Shown here: positions 37,501-52,500 of the stretch, piece by piece | How positions within the stretch are numbered: the stretch's first letter is position 1 | Layout of the letters: each line of letters opens with the position of its first letter | DNA from: Squalus acanthias | Taxonomy: Eukaryota | Direction of reading: 5' to 3' | NCBI GenBank assembly: GCA_030390025.1 | Contig: CM059432.1 | Span: 112,098,001 to 112,162,000, forward strand | DNA: 64,000 nucleotides | Program-made: the position numbers and the translations under genes | Notes under the pieces: model-generated | Database searches by the model: none | Seen by the model: the letters and a program-made list of their open reading frames with translations, nothing else | Told to the model about the DNA's origin: nothing

Positions 37501-40500
37501 CCAGAGTCCTGGACTAATAATCCAGAGTCCTGGACTATTAATCCAGAGTCCTGGACTAGTAATCCAGAGTCCTGGACTAGTAATCCAGAGTCCTGGACTA
37601 GTAATCCAGAGTCCTGGACTAATAATCCAGAGTCCTGGACTAGTAATCCAGAGTCCTGGACTAATAATCCAGAGTCCTGGACTAGTAATCCAGAGTCCTG
37701 GACTAATAATCCAGAGTCCTGACTAGTAATCCAGAGTCCTGGACTAGTAATCCAGAGTCCTGGACTAATAATCCAGAGTCCTGGACTAGTAATCCAGAGT
37801 CCTGGACTAGTAATCCAGAGTCCTGGACTAATAATCCAGAGTCCTGGACTAGTAATCCAGAGTCCTGGACTAGTAATCCAGAGTCCTGGACTAATAATCC
37901 AGAGTCCTGGACTAGTAATCCAGAGTCCTGGACTAGTAATCCAGAGTCCTGGACTAATAATCCAGAGTCCTGGACTAGTAATCCAGAGTCCTGGACTAGT
38001 AATCCAGAGTCCTGGACTAGTAATCCAGAGTCCTGGACTAATAATCCAGAGTCCTGGACTAGTAATCCAGAGTCCTGGACTAGTAATCCAGAGTCCTGGA
38101 CTAGTAATCCAGAGTCCTGGACTAATAATCCAGAGTCCTGGACTAGTAATCCAGAGTCCTGGACTAATAATCCAGAGTCCTGGACTAGTAATCCAGAGTC
38201 CTGGACTAATAATCCAGAGTCCTGGACTAATAATCCAGAGTCCTGGACTAGTAATCCAGAGTCCTGGACTAGTAATCCAGAGTCCTGGACTAGTAATCCA
38301 GAGTCCTGGACTAGTAATCCAGAGTCCTGGACCAGTAATCCAGAGTCCTGGACCAGTAATCCAGTGTCCTGGACTAGTAATCCAGAGTCCTGGACTAATA
38401 ATCCAGAATCCTAGACTAGTAATCCAGAGTCCTGGACTAATAATCCAGAGTCCTGGACTATTAATCCAGAGTCCTGGACCAGTAATCCAGAGTCCTGGAC
38501 CAGTAATCCAGAGTCCTGGACCAGTAATCCAGTGTCCTGGACTAGTAATCCAGAGTCCTGGACTAATAATCCAGATCCTAGACTAGTAATCCAGAGTCCT
38601 GGACTAATAATCCAGAGTCCTGGACTATTAATCCAGAGTCCTGGACCAGTAATCCAGAGTCCTGAACTAATAATCCAGAGTCCTGGACTAGTAATCCAGA
38701 GTCCTAGACTAGTAATCCAGAGTCCTGGACTAATAATCCAGAGTCCTGGACTAATAATCCAGATTCCTGGACTAGTAATCCAGAGTCCTGACTAATAATC
38801 CAGAGTCCTGGACTAATAATCCAGAATCCTAGACTAGCAATCCAGAGTCCTGGACTAGTAATCCAGAGTCCTGGACCAGTAATCCAGAGTCCTGACTAAT
38901 AATCCAGAGTCCTGGACTGATAATCCAGAATCCTAGACTAGTAATCCAGAGTCCTGGACTAGTAATCCAGAGTCCTGAACTAATAATCCAGAGTCCTGGA
39001 CTATTAATCCAGAGTCCTGGACTAGTAATCCAGAGTCCTGACTAATAATCCAGAGTCCTGGACTAATAATCCAGAATCCTAGACTAGTAATCCAGAGTCC
39101 TGGACTAGTAATCCAGAGTCCTGGACCAGTAATCCAGAGTCCTGAACTAATAATCCAGAGTCCTGGACTAATAATCCAGAATCCTAGACTAGTAATCCAG
39201 AGTCCTGGACTAGTAATCCAGAGTCCTGGACTAGTAATCCAGAGTCCTGAACTAATATTCCAGAGTCCTGGACAAATAATCCAGAGTCCTGGACTATTAA
39301 TCCAGAGCCCTGGACCAGTAATCCAGACTCCTGGACTAGTAATCCAGAGTCCTGGACTAGTAATCCAGAGTCCTGGACTAGTAATCCAGAGTCCTGGACA
39401 AATAATCCAGAGTTCTGGACTAGTAATCCAGAGTCCTGGACTAATAATCCAGAGTCCTGAACTAGTAATCCATAGTTCTGGACTAGTAATCCAGACTCCT
39501 GGACTAATAATCCAGAGTCCTGGACTAGTAATCCAGAGTCCTGGACTAGTAATCCAGACTCTTGGACTAATAATCCAGAGTCCTGGACTAGTTATCCAGA
39601 GTCCTGAACTAGTAATCCATAGTTCTGGACTAATAATCCAGAGTCCTGGACTAGTTATCCAGAGTCCTGAACTAGTAATCCATAGTTCTGGACTAGTAAT
39701 CCAGAGTCCTGAACTAATAATCCAGAGTCCTGGACCAATAATCCACAATCCTAGACTAGTAATCCAGAGTCCTGGACTAGTAATCCAGAGTCCTGGACCA
39801 GTAATCCAGAGTCCTGAACTAATAATCCAGAGTCCTGGACTAATAATCCAGAATCCTAGACTAGTAATCCAGAGTCCTGGACTAGTAATCCAGAGTCCTG
39901 GACTAGTAATCCAGAGTCCTGGACTAATAATCCAGAGTCCTGGACAAATAATCCAGAGTCCTGGACTATTAATCCAGAGCCCTGGACCAGTAATCCAGAC
40001 TCCTGGACTAGTAATCCAGAGTCCTGGACTAGTAATCCAGAGTCCTGGACTAGTAATCCAGAGTCCTGGACAAATAATCCAGAGTTCTGGACTAGTAATC
40101 CAGAGTCCTGGACTAATAATCCAGAGTCCTGAACTAGTAATCCATAGTCCTGGACTAGTAATCCAGACTCCTGGACTAATAATCCAGAGTCCTGGACTAG
40201 TAATCCAGAGTCCTGGACTAGTAATCCAGACTCCTGGACTAATAATCCAGAGTCCTGGACTAGTAATCCAGAGTCCTGGACTAGTAATCCAGAGTCCTGG
40301 ACTAATAATCCAGAGTCCTGGACTAGTAATCCAGAGTCCTGAACTAGTAATCCATAGTTCTGGACTAGTAATCCAGACTCCTGGACTAATAATCCAGAGT
40401 CCTGAACCAGTAATCCATAGTTCTGGACTAGTAATCCAGACTCCTGGACTAATAATCCAGAGTCCTGGACTAGTAATCCAGAGTCCTGGACTAGTAATCC

Positions 40501-43500
40501 AGACTCTTGGACTAATAATCCAGAGTCATGGACTAATAATCCAGAATCCTAGACTAGTAATCCAGAGTCCTGGACTAGTAATCCAGAGTCCTGAACTAAT
40601 AATCCAGAGTCCTGGACTAATAATCCAGAATCCTAGACTAGTAATCCAGAGTCCTGGACTAGTAATCCAGAGTCCTGGACCAGTAATCCAGAGTCCTGAA
40701 CTAATAATCCAGAGTCCTGAACTAATAATCCAGAGTCCTAGACTAGTAATCCAGAGTCCTGGACCAGTAATCCAGAGTCCTGGACCAGTAATCCAGAGTC
40801 CTGGACCAGTAATCCAGTGTCCTGGACTATTAATCCAGAGTCCTGGACTAGTAATCCAGAGTCCTGGACCAGTAATCCAGAGTCCTGACTAATAATCCAG
40901 AGTCCTGGACTATTAATCCAGAGTCCTGGACTAGTAATCCAGAGTCCTGGACCAGTAATCCAGAGTCCTGGACTAGTAATCCAGTGTCCTGGACTAGTAA
41001 TCCAGAGTCCTGACTAATAATCCAGAGTCCTGGACTAATAATCCAGAGTCCTGGACTATTAATCCAGAGTCCTGGACTAGTAATCCAGAGTCCCTGGACT
41101 AGTAATCCAGATTCCTGGACTAGTAATCCAGAGTCCTGGACTAATAATCCAGAGTCCTGGACTAGTAATCCAGAGTCCTGGACTAATAATCCAGAGTCCT
41201 GGACTAGTAATCCAGAGTCCTGGACTAATAATCCAGAGTCCTGAACTAGTAATCCATAGTCCTGGACTAGTAATCCAGACTCCTGGCTTAATAAATCAGA
41301 GTCCTGAACTAGTAATCCGGAGTCCTGGACTAGTAATCCAGAGTCCTGGACTAATAATCCAGAGTCCTGGACTGGTAATCCAGAGTCCTGGACTAGTAAT
41401 CCAGAGTCCTGGACTAGTAATCCAGAGTCCATGACTAGTAATCCAGAGTCCTGGACTAGTAATCCAGAGTCCTGGACTAATAATCCAGAGTCCTGGACTA
41501 GTAATCCAGAGTCCTGGACTAGTAATCCAGAGTCCTGGACTAGTAATCCAGACTCCTGGACTAATAATCCAGAGTCCTGGACTAGTAATCCAGAGTCCTG
41601 GACTAGTAATCCAGAGTCCTGGACTAGTAATCCAGAGTCCTGGACTAGTAATCCAGAGTCCTGGACTAATAATCCAGAGTCCTGGACTAATAATCCAGAG
41701 TCCTGGACTAATAATCCAGAGTCCTGGACTAGTAATCCAGAGTCCTGGACTAATAATCCAGAGTCCTGGACTAGTAATCCAGAGTCCTGGACTAGTAATC
41801 CAGAGTCCTGGACTAGTAATCCAGAGTCCTGGACCAGTAATCCAGAGTCCTGGACCAGTAATCCAGAGTCCTGGACCAGTAATCCCGTGTCCTGGACTAG
41901 TAATCTAGAGTCCTGGACTAATAATCCAGAATCCTAGACTAGTAATCCAGAGTCCTGGACGAATAATCCAGAGTCTTGGACTATTAATCCAGAGTCCTGG
42001 ACCAGTAATCCAGAGTCCTGGACCCGCAATCCAGAGTCCTGGACCAGTAATCCCGTGTCCTGGACTAGTAATCTAGAGTCCTGGACTAATAATCCAGAAT
42101 CCTAGACTAGTAATCCAGAGTCCTGGACGAATAATCCAGAGTCCTGGACTATTAATCCAGAGTCCTGGACCAGTAATCCAGAGTCCTGAACTAATAATCC
42201 AGAGTCCTGGACTAATAATCCATAATCCTAGACTAGTAATCCAGAGTCCTGGACTAATAATCCAGAGTCCTGGACTAATATTCCAGATTCCTGGACCAGT
42301 AATCCAGAGTCCTGAACTAATAATCCAGAGTCCTGGACTAATAATCCAGAATCCTAGAGTAGCAATCCAGAGTCCTGGACTAGTAATCCAGAGTCCTGGA
42401 CCAGTAATCCAGAGTCCTGAACTAATAATCCAGAGTCCTGGACTAATAATCCAGAATCCTAGACTAGTAATCCAGAGTCCTGGACTAGTAATCCAGAGTC
42501 CTGAACTAATAATCCAGAGTCCTGGACTATTAATCCAGAGTCCTGGACTAGTAATCCAGAGTCCTGAACTAATAATCCAGAGTCCTGGACTAATAATCCA
42601 CAATCCTAGACTAGTAATCCAGAGTCCTGGACTAGTAATCCAGAGTCCTGGACCAGTAATCCAGAGTCCTGAACTAATAATCCAGAGTCCTGGACTAATA
42701 ATCCAGAATCCTAGACTAGTAATCCAGAGTCCTGGACTAGTAATCCAGAGTCCTGGACTAGTAATCCAGAGTCCTGAACTAATATTCCAGAGTCCTGGAC
42801 AAATAATCCAGAGTCCTGGACTAGTAATCCAGAGTCCTGGACTAGTAATCCAGAGTCCTGGACTAATAATCCAGAATCCTAGACTAGTAATCCAGAGTCC
42901 TGGACTAGTAATCCAGAGTCCTGGACTAATAATCCAGAGTCCTGACTAGTAATCCAGAGTCCTGGACTAATAATCCAGAGTCCTGAACTAGTAATCCAGA
43001 GTCCTGGACTAGTAATCCAGACTCCTGGACTAATAATCCAGAGTCCTGGACTAGTAATCCAGAGTCCTGGACTAGTAATCCAGAGTCCTGGACTAATAAT
43101 CCAGAGTCCTGGACTAGTAATCCAGAGTCCTGGACTAGTAATCCAGAGTCTGGACTAATAATCCAGAGTCCTGGACTAGTAATCCAGAGTCCTGGACTAG
43201 TAATCCAGAGTCCTGGACTAGTAATCCAGAGTCCTGACTAATAATCCAGAGTCCTGGACTAATAATCCAGAGTCCTGGACTAGTAATCCAGAGTCCTGGA
43301 CTAGTAATCCAGAGTCCTGGACTAGTAATCCAGAGTCCTGGACTAATAATCCAGAGTCCTGGACTAATAATCCAGAGTCCTGGACTAGTAATCCAGAGTC
43401 CTGGACTAGTAATCCAGAGTCCTGGACTAGTAATCCAGAGTCCATGACTAATAATCCAGAGTCCTGGACTAATAATCCAGAGTCCTGGACTAGTAATCCA

Positions 43501-46500
43501 GAGTCCTGGACTAGTAATCCAGAGTCCTGGACTAGTAATCCAGAGTCCTGGACTAGTAATCCAGAGTCCTGGACTAGTAATCCAGAGTCCTGGACTAATA
43601 ATCCAGAGTCCTGGACTAGTAATCCAGAGTCCTGGACTAATAATCCAGAGTCCTGACTAGTAATCCAGAGTCCTGGACTAGTAATCCAGAGTCCTGGACT
43701 AATAATCCAGAGTCCTGGACTAGTAATCCAGAGTCCTGGACTAGTAATCCAGAGTCCTGGACTAATAATCCAGAGTCCTGGACTAGTAATCCAGAGTCCT
43801 GGACTAGTAATCCAGAGTCCTGGACTAATAATCCAGAGTCCTGGACTAGTAATCCAGAGTCCTGAACTAGTAATCCAGAGTCCTGGACTAGTAATCCAGA
43901 CTCCTGGACTAATAATCCAGAGTCCTGGACCAGTAATCCAGAGTCCTGGACTAGTAATCCAGACTCCTGGACTAATAATCCAGAGTCCTGGACTAGTAAT
44001 CCAGAGTCCTGGACTAGTAATCCAGAGTCCTGGACTAATAATCCAGAGTCCTGGACTAATAATCCAGAATCCTAGACTAGTAATCCAGAGTCCTGGACTA
44101 GTAATCCAGAGTCCTGAACTAATAATCCAGAGTCCTGGACTAATAATCCAGAGTCCTGGACTAGTAATCCAGAGTCCTGGACTAGTAATCCAGAGTCCTG
44201 GACTAGTAATCCAGAGTCCTGACTAATAATCCAGAGTCCTGGACTAATAATCCAGAGTCCTGGACTATTAATCCAGAGTCCTGGACCAGTAATCCAGAGT
44301 CCTGGACTAGTAATCCAGAGTCCTGGACTAGTAATCCAGAGTCCTGGACTAGTAATCCAGAGTCCTGGACTAATAATCCAGAGTCCTGGACTAGTAATCC
44401 AGAGTCCTGGACTAATAATCCAGAGTCCTGAACTAGTAATCCAGAGTCCTGGACTAGTAATCCAGAGTCCTGGACTAATAATCCAGAGTCCTGGACTAGT
44501 AATCCAGAGTCCTGGACTAGTAATCCAGAGTCCTGGACTAATAATCCAGAGTCCTGGACTAGTAATCCAGAGTCCTGAACTAGTAATCCAGAGTCCTGGA
44601 CTAATAATCCAGAGTCCTGGACTAGTAATCCAGAGTCCTGACTAGTAATCCAGAGTCCTGGACTAGTAATCCAGAGTCCTGAACTAATAATCCAGAGTCC
44701 TGGACCAATAATCCAGAGTCCTGACTAGTAATCCAGAGTCCTGGACTAGTAATCCAGAGTCCTGGACTAGTAATCCAGAGTCCTGACTAATAATCCAGAG
44801 TCCTGGACTAATAATCCAGAATCCTAGACTAGTAATCCAGAGTCCTGGACTAGTAATCCAGAGTCCTGGACTAGTAATCCAGAGTCCTGAACTAATAATC
44901 CAGAGTCCTGGACAAATAATCCAGAGTCCTGGACTATTAATCCAGAGCCCTGGACCAGTAATCCAGACTCCTGGACTAGTAATCCAGAGTCCTGGACTAG
45001 TAATCCAGAGTCCTGGACTAGTAATCCAGAGTCCTGGACTAATAATCCAGAGTCCTGGACTAGTAATCCAGAGTCCTGGACTAATAATCCAGAGTCCTGA
45101 ACTAGTAATCCATAGTTCTGGACTAGTAATCCAGACTCCTGGACTAATAATCCAGAGTCCTGGACTAGTAATCCAGAGTCCTGGACTAGTAATCCAGACT
45201 CTTGGACTAATAATCCAGAGTCCTGGACTAGTTATCCAGAGTCCTGAACTAGTAATCCATAGTTCTGGACTAATAATCCAGAGTCCTGGACTAGTTATCC
45301 AGAGTCCTGAACTAGTAATCCATAGTTCTGGACTAGTAATCCAGACTCCTGGACTAATAATCCAGAGTCCTGAACCAGTAATCCATAGTTCTGGACTAGT
45401 AATCCAGACTCCTGGACTAATAATCCAGAGTCCTGGACTAGTAATCCAGAGTCCTGGACTAGTAATCCAGACTCTTGGACTAATAATCCAGAGTCATGGA
45501 ATAATAATCCAGAATCCTAGACTAGTAATCCAGAGTCCTGGACTAGTAATCCAGAGTCCTGAACTAATAATCCAGAGTCCTGGACTAATAATCCAGAATC
45601 CTAGACTAGTAATCCAGAGTCCTGGACTAGTAATCCAGAGTCCTGGACCAGTAATCCAGAGTCCTGAACTAATAATCCAGAGTCCTGAACTAATAATCCA
45701 GAATCCTAGATTAGTAATCCAGAGTCCTGGACCAGTAATCCAGAGTCCTGGACCAGTAATCCAGAGTCCTGGACCAGTAATCCAGTGTCCTTGACTATTA
45801 ATCCAGAGTCCTGGATCAGTAATCCAGAGTCCTGGACCAGTAATCCAGAGTCCTGAACTAATAATCCAGAGTCCTGGACTATTAATCCAGAGCCCTGGAC
45901 CAGTAATCCAGAGTCCTGGACCAGTAATCCAGAGTCCTGGACTAGTAATCCCGTGTCCTGGACTAGTAATCCAGAGTCCTGAACTAATATTCCAGAGTCC
46001 TGGACAAATAATCCAGAGTCCTGGACTATTAATCCAGAGCCCTGGACCAGTAATCCAGACTCCCGGACTAGTAATCCAGAGTCCTGGACTAGTAATCCAG
46101 AGTCCTGGACAAATAATCCAGAGTTCTGGACTAGTAATCCAGAGTCCTGGATTAATAATCCAGAGACCTGGACTGTAATCCAGAGTCCTGGACTAATAAT
46201 CCAGAGTCCTGACTAGTAATCCAGAGTCCTGGACTAGTAATCCAGAGTCCTGGACTAATAATCCAGAGTCCTGGACTAGTAATCCAGAGTCCTGGACTAA
46301 TAATCCAGAGTCCTGAACTAGTAATCCAGAGTCCTGGACTAGTAATCCAGACTCCTGGACTAATAATCCAGAGTCCTGGACTAGTAATCCAGAGTCCTGG
46401 ACTAGTAATCCAGAGTCCTGGACTAATAATCCAGAGTCCTGGACTAGTAATCCAGAGTCCTGGACTAGTAATCCAGAGTCCTGGACTAGTAATCCAGAGT

Positions 46501-49500
46501 CCTGGACTAGTAATCCAGAGTCCTGGACTAGTAATCCAGAGTCCTGGACTAATAATCCAGAGTCCTGGACTAGTAATCCAGAGTCCTGGACTAGTAATCC
46601 AGACTCCTGGACTAATAATCCAGAGTCCTGGACTAGTAATCCAGAGTCCTGGACTAGTAATCCAGAGTCCTGGACTAGTAATCCAGAGTCCTGGACTAAT
46701 AATCCAGAGTCCTGGACTAGTAATCCAGAGTCCTGGACTAGTAATCCAGAGTCCTGGACTAGTAATCCAGAGTCCTGGACTAATAATCCAGAGTCCTGGA
46801 CGAATAATCCAGAGTCCTGGACTAATATTCCAGAGTCCTGGACAAATATTCCAGAGTCCTGGGCTAATATTACAGAGTCCTGGACTAATAATCCAGAGTC
46901 CTGGACTAATAAACCAGAGTCCTGGACTAATATTCCAGAGTCCTGGACTAGTAATCCAGAGTCCTGGACCAGTAATACAGAGTCCTGGACCAGTAATCCA
47001 GAGTCCTGGACCGGTAATCCCGTGTCCTGGACTAGTAATCTAGAGTCCTGGACTAATAATCCAGAATCCTAGACTAGTAATCCAGAGTCCTGGACGAATA
47101 ATCCAGAGTCCTGGACTATTAATCCAGAGTCCTGGACCAGTAATCCAGAGTCCTGAACTAATAATCCAGAGTCCTGGACTAATAATCCATAATCCTAGAC
47201 GAGTAATCCAGAGTCCTGGACTAATAATCCAGAGTCCTGGACTAATATTCCAGAGTCCTGGACCAGTAATCCAGAGTCCTGAACTAATAATCCAGAGTCC
47301 TGGACTAATAATCCAGAATCCTAGAGTAGCAATCCAGAGTCCTGGACTAGTAATCCAGAGTCCTGGACCAGTAATCCAGAGTCCTGAACTAATAATCCAG
47401 AGTCCTGGACTAATAATCCAGAATCCTAGACTAGTAATCCAGAGTCCTGGACTAGTAATCCAGAGTCCTGAACTAATAATCCAGAGTCCTGGACTATTAA
47501 TCCAGAGTCCTGGACCAGTAATCCAGAGTCCTGAACTAATAATCCAGAGTCCTGGACTAATAATCCAGAACCCTAGACTAGTAATCCAGAGTCCTGGACT
47601 AGTAATCCAGAGTCCTGGACCAGTAATCCAGAGTCCTGAACTAATAATCCAGAGTCCTGGACTAATAATCCAGAATCCTAGACTAGTAATCCAGAGTCCT
47701 GGACCAGTAATCCAGAGTCCTGGACCAGTAATCCAGAGTCCTGGACCAGTAATCCAGTGTCCTGGACTATTAATCCAGAGTCCTGGATCAGTAATCCAGA
47801 GTCCTGGACCAGTAATCCAGAGTCCTGACTAATAATCCAGAGTCCTGGACTATTAATCCAGAGCCCTGGACCAGTAATCCAGAGTCCTGGACCAGTAATC
47901 CAGAGTCCTGGACTAGTAATCCCGTGTCCTGGACTAGTAATCCAGAGTCCTGAACTAATATTCCAGAGTCCTGGACAAATAATCCAGAGTCCTGGACTAT
48001 TAATCCAGAGCCCTGGACTAGTAATCCAGACTCCTGGACTAGTAATCCAGAGTCCTGGACTAGTAATCCAGAGTCCTGGACTAGTAATCCAGAGTCCTGG
48101 ACTAGTAATCCAGAGTCCTGGACTAGTAATCCAGAGTCCTGGACTAATAATCCAGAGTCCTGGACTAGTAATCCAGAGTCCTGGACTAATAATCCAGAGT
48201 CCTGGACTAGTAATCCAGAGTCCTGGACTAGTAATCCAGAGTCCTGGACTAGTAATCCAGAGTCCTGGACTAATAATCCAGAGTCCTGGACTAGTAATCC
48301 AGAGTCCTGGACTAGTAATCCAGAGTCCTGACTAGTAATCCAGAGTCCTGGACTAGTAATCCAGAGTCCTGGACTAATAATCCAGAGTCCTGGACTAGTA
48401 ATCCAGAGTCCTGGACTAGTAATCCAGACTCCTGGACTAATAATCCAGAGTCCTGGACTAGTAATCCAGAGTCCTGGACTAGTAATCCAGAGTCCTGGAC
48501 TAATAATCCAGAGTCCTGGACTAGTAATCCAGAGTCCTGGACTAGTAATCCAGAGTCCTGGACTAGTAATCCAGAGTCCATGACTAATAATCCAGAGTCC
48601 TGGACTAATAATCCAGAGTCCTGGACTAGTAATCCAGAGTCCTGGACTAGTAATCCAGAGTCCTGGACTAGTAATCCAGAGTCCTGGACTAATAATCCAG
48701 AGTCCTGGACTAATAATCCAGAGTCCTGGACTAGTAATCCAGAGTCCTGGACTAGTAATCCAGAGTCCTGGACTAGTAATCCAGAGTCCTGGACTAATAA
48801 TCCAGAGTCCTGGACTAGTAATCCAGAGTCCTGGACTAGTAATCCAGAGTCCTGGACTAGTAATCCAGAGTCCTGGACTAGTAATCCAGAGTCCTGGACT
48901 AGTAATCCAGAGTCCTGGACTAGTAATCCAGAGTCCTGGACTAATAATCCAGAGTCCTGGACTAGTAATCCAGAGTCCTGGACTAGTAATCCAGAGTCCT
49001 GGACTAGTAATCCAGAGTCCTGGACTAGTAATCCAGAGTCCTGGACTAATAATCCAGAGTCCTGGACTAGTAATCCAGAGTCCTGGACTAGTAATCCAGA
49101 CTCCTGGACTAATAATCCAGAGTCCTGGACTAGTAATCCAGAGTCCTGGACTAGTAATCCAGAGTCCTGGACTAATAATCCAGAGTCCTGGACTAGTAAT
49201 CCAGAGTCCTGGACTAGTAATCCAGAGTCCTGGACTAGTAATCCAGAGTCCTGGACTAATAATCCAGAGTCCTGGACTAGTAATCCAGAGTCCTGGACTA
49301 GTAATCCAGAGTCCTGGACTAATAATCCAGAGTCCTGGACTAGTAATCCAGAGTCCTGGACTAGTAATCCAGACTCCTGGACTAATAATCCAGAGTCCTG
49401 GACTAATAATCCAGAATCCTGGACTAGTAATCCAGAGTCCTGGACTAGTAATCCAGAGTCCTGGACTAGTAATCCAGAGTCCTGGACTAATAATCCAGAG

Positions 49501-52500
49501 TCCTGGACTAGTAATCCAGAGTCCTGGACTAGTAATCCAGAGTCCTGGACTAATAATCCAGAGTCCTGGACTAGTAATCCAGAGTCCTGGACTAGTAATC
49601 CAGAGTCCTGGACTAATAATCCAGAGTCCTGGACTAGTAATCCAGAGTCCTGACTAGTAATCCAGAGTCCTGGACTAGTAATCCAGAGTCCTGACTAATA
49701 ATCCAGAGTCCTGGACTAATAATCCAGAGTCCTGGACTAGTAATCCAGAGTCCTGGACTAGTAATCCAGAGTCCTGGACTAGTAATCCAGAGTCCTGGAC
49801 TAATAATCCAGAGTCCTGGACTAATAATCCAGAGTCCTGGACTAGTAATCCAGAGTCCTGGACTAGTAATCCAGAGTCCTGGACTAGTAATCCAGAGTCC
49901 TGGACTAATAATCCAGAGTCCTGGACTAATAATCCAGAGTCCTGGACTAGTAATCCAGAGTCCTGGACTAGTAATCCAGAGTCCTGGACTAGTAATCCAG
50001 AGTCCTGGACTAGTAATCCAGAGTCCTGGACTAGTAATCCAGAGTCCTGGACTAATAATCCAGAGTCCTGGACTAGTAATCCAGAGTCCTGGACTAATAA
50101 TCCAGAGTCCTGACTAGTAATCCAGAGTCCTGGACTAGTAATCCAGACTCCTGGACTAATAATCCAGAGTCCTGGACTAGTAATCCAGAGTCCTGGACTA
50201 GTAATCCAGAGTCCTGGACTAATAATCCAGAGTCCTGGACTAGTAATCCAGAGTCCTGGACTAGTAATCCAGAGTCCTGGACTAATAATCCAGAGTCCTG
50301 GACTAGTAATCCAGAGTCCTGAACTAGTAATCCAGAGTCCTGGACTAGTAATCCAGAGTCCTGGACTAATAATCCAGAGTCCTGACCAGTAATCCAGAGT
50401 CCTGGACTAGTAATCCAGAGTCCTGGACTAGTAATCCAGAGTCCTGGACTAGTAATCCAGAGTCCTGGACTAGTAATCCAGAGTCCTGGACTAATAATCC
50501 AGAGTCCTGGACTAATAATCCAGAATCCTGACTAGTAATCCAGAGTCCTGGACTAGTAATCCAGAGTCCTGGACTAATAATCCAGAGTCCTGGACTAATA
50601 ATCCAGAATCCTAGACTAGTAATCCAGAGTCCTGGACTAGTAATCCAGAGTCCTGAACTAATAATCCAGAGTCCTGGACTAATAATCCAGAATCCTAGAC
50701 TAGTAATCCAGAGTCCTGGACTAGTAATCCAGAGTCCTGGACTAGTAATCCAGAGTCCTGACTAATATTCCAGAGTCCTGGACAAGTAATCCAGAGTCCT
50801 GGACTATTAATCCAGAGCCCTGGACCAGTAATCCAGACTCCTGGACTAGTAATCCAGAGTCCTGGACTAGTAATCCAGAGTCCTGGACTAGTAATCCAGA
50901 GTCCTGGACTAATAATCCAGAGTCTGGACTAGTAATCCAGAGTCCTGGACTAATAATCCAGAGTCCTGACTAGTAATCCAGAGTCTGGACTAGTAATCCA
51001 GACTCCTGGACTAATAATCCAGAGTCCTGGACTAGTAATCCAGAGTCCTGGACTAGTAATCCAGACTCTTGGACTAATAATCCAGAGTCCTGGACTAGTA
51101 ATCCAGAGTCCTGAACTAGTAATCCATAGTTCTGGACTAATAATCCAGAGTCCTGGACTAGTTATCCAGAGTCCTGACTAGTAATCCATAGTTCCTGGAC
51201 TAGTAATCCAGAGTCCTGAACTAATAATCCAGAGTCCTGGACTAATAATCCAGATCCTGACTAGTAATCCAGAGTCCTGGACTAGTAATCCAGAGTCCTG
51301 GACCAGTAATCCAGAGTCCTGGACTAATAATCCAGAGTCCTGGACTAATAATCCAGAATCCTGACTAGTAATCCAGAGTCCTGGACTAGTAATCCAGAGT
51401 CCTGGACTAGTAATCCAGAGTCCTGAACTAATAATCCAGAGTCCTGGACTAATAATCCAGAGTCCTGGACTATTAATCCAGAGTCCTGGACCAGTAATCC
51501 AGAGTCCTGGACTAGTAATCCAGAGTCCTGGACTAGTAATCCAGAGTCCTGGACTAGTAATCCAGAGTCCTGGACAAATAATCCAGAGTCCTGGACTAGT
51601 AATCCAGAGTCCTGGACTAATAATCCAGAGTCCTGAACTAGTAATCCAGAGTCCTGGACTAGTAATCCAGAGTCCTGGACTAATAATCCAGAGTCCTGGA
51701 CTAGTAATCCAGAGTCCTGGACTAGTAATCCAGAGTCCTGGACTAATAATCCAGAGTCCTGGACTAGTAATCCAGAGTCCTGACTAGTAATCCAGAGTCC
51801 TGGACTAATAATCCAGAGTCCTGGACTAGTAATCCAGAGTCCTGACTAGTAATCCAGAGTCCTGGACTAGTAATCCAGAGTCCTGGACTAATAATCCAGA
51901 GTCCTGGACTAGTAATCCAGAGTCCTGGACTAGTAATCCAGACTCCTGGACTAATAATCCAGAGTCCTGGACTAGTAATCCAGAGTCCTGGACTAGTAAT
52001 CCAGAGTCCTGGACTAATAATCCAGAGTCCTGGACTAATAATCCAGAGTCCTGGACTAGTAATCCAGAGTCCTGGACTAGTAATCCAGAGTCCTGGACTA
52101 ATAATCCAGAGTCCTGGACTAGTAATCCAGAGTCCTGGACTAGTAATCCAGAGTCCTGGACTAGTAATCCAGAGTCCTGGACTAGTAATCCAGAGTCCAT
52201 GACTAATAATCCAGAGTCCTGGACTAATAATCCAGAGTCCTGGACTAGTAATCCAGAGTCCTGGACCAGTAATCCAGAGTCCTGGACCAGTAATCCAGAG
52301 TCCTGGACTAGTAATCCAGAGTCCTGGACTAGTAATCCAGAGTCCTGGACTAGTAATCCAGAGTCCTGGACTAATAATCCAGAGTCCTGGACTAGTAATC
52401 CAGAGTCCTGGACTAATAATCCAGAGTCCTGGACTAGTAATCCAGAGTCCTGGACTAGTAATCCAGAGTCCTGGACTAATAATCCAGAGTCCTGGACTAG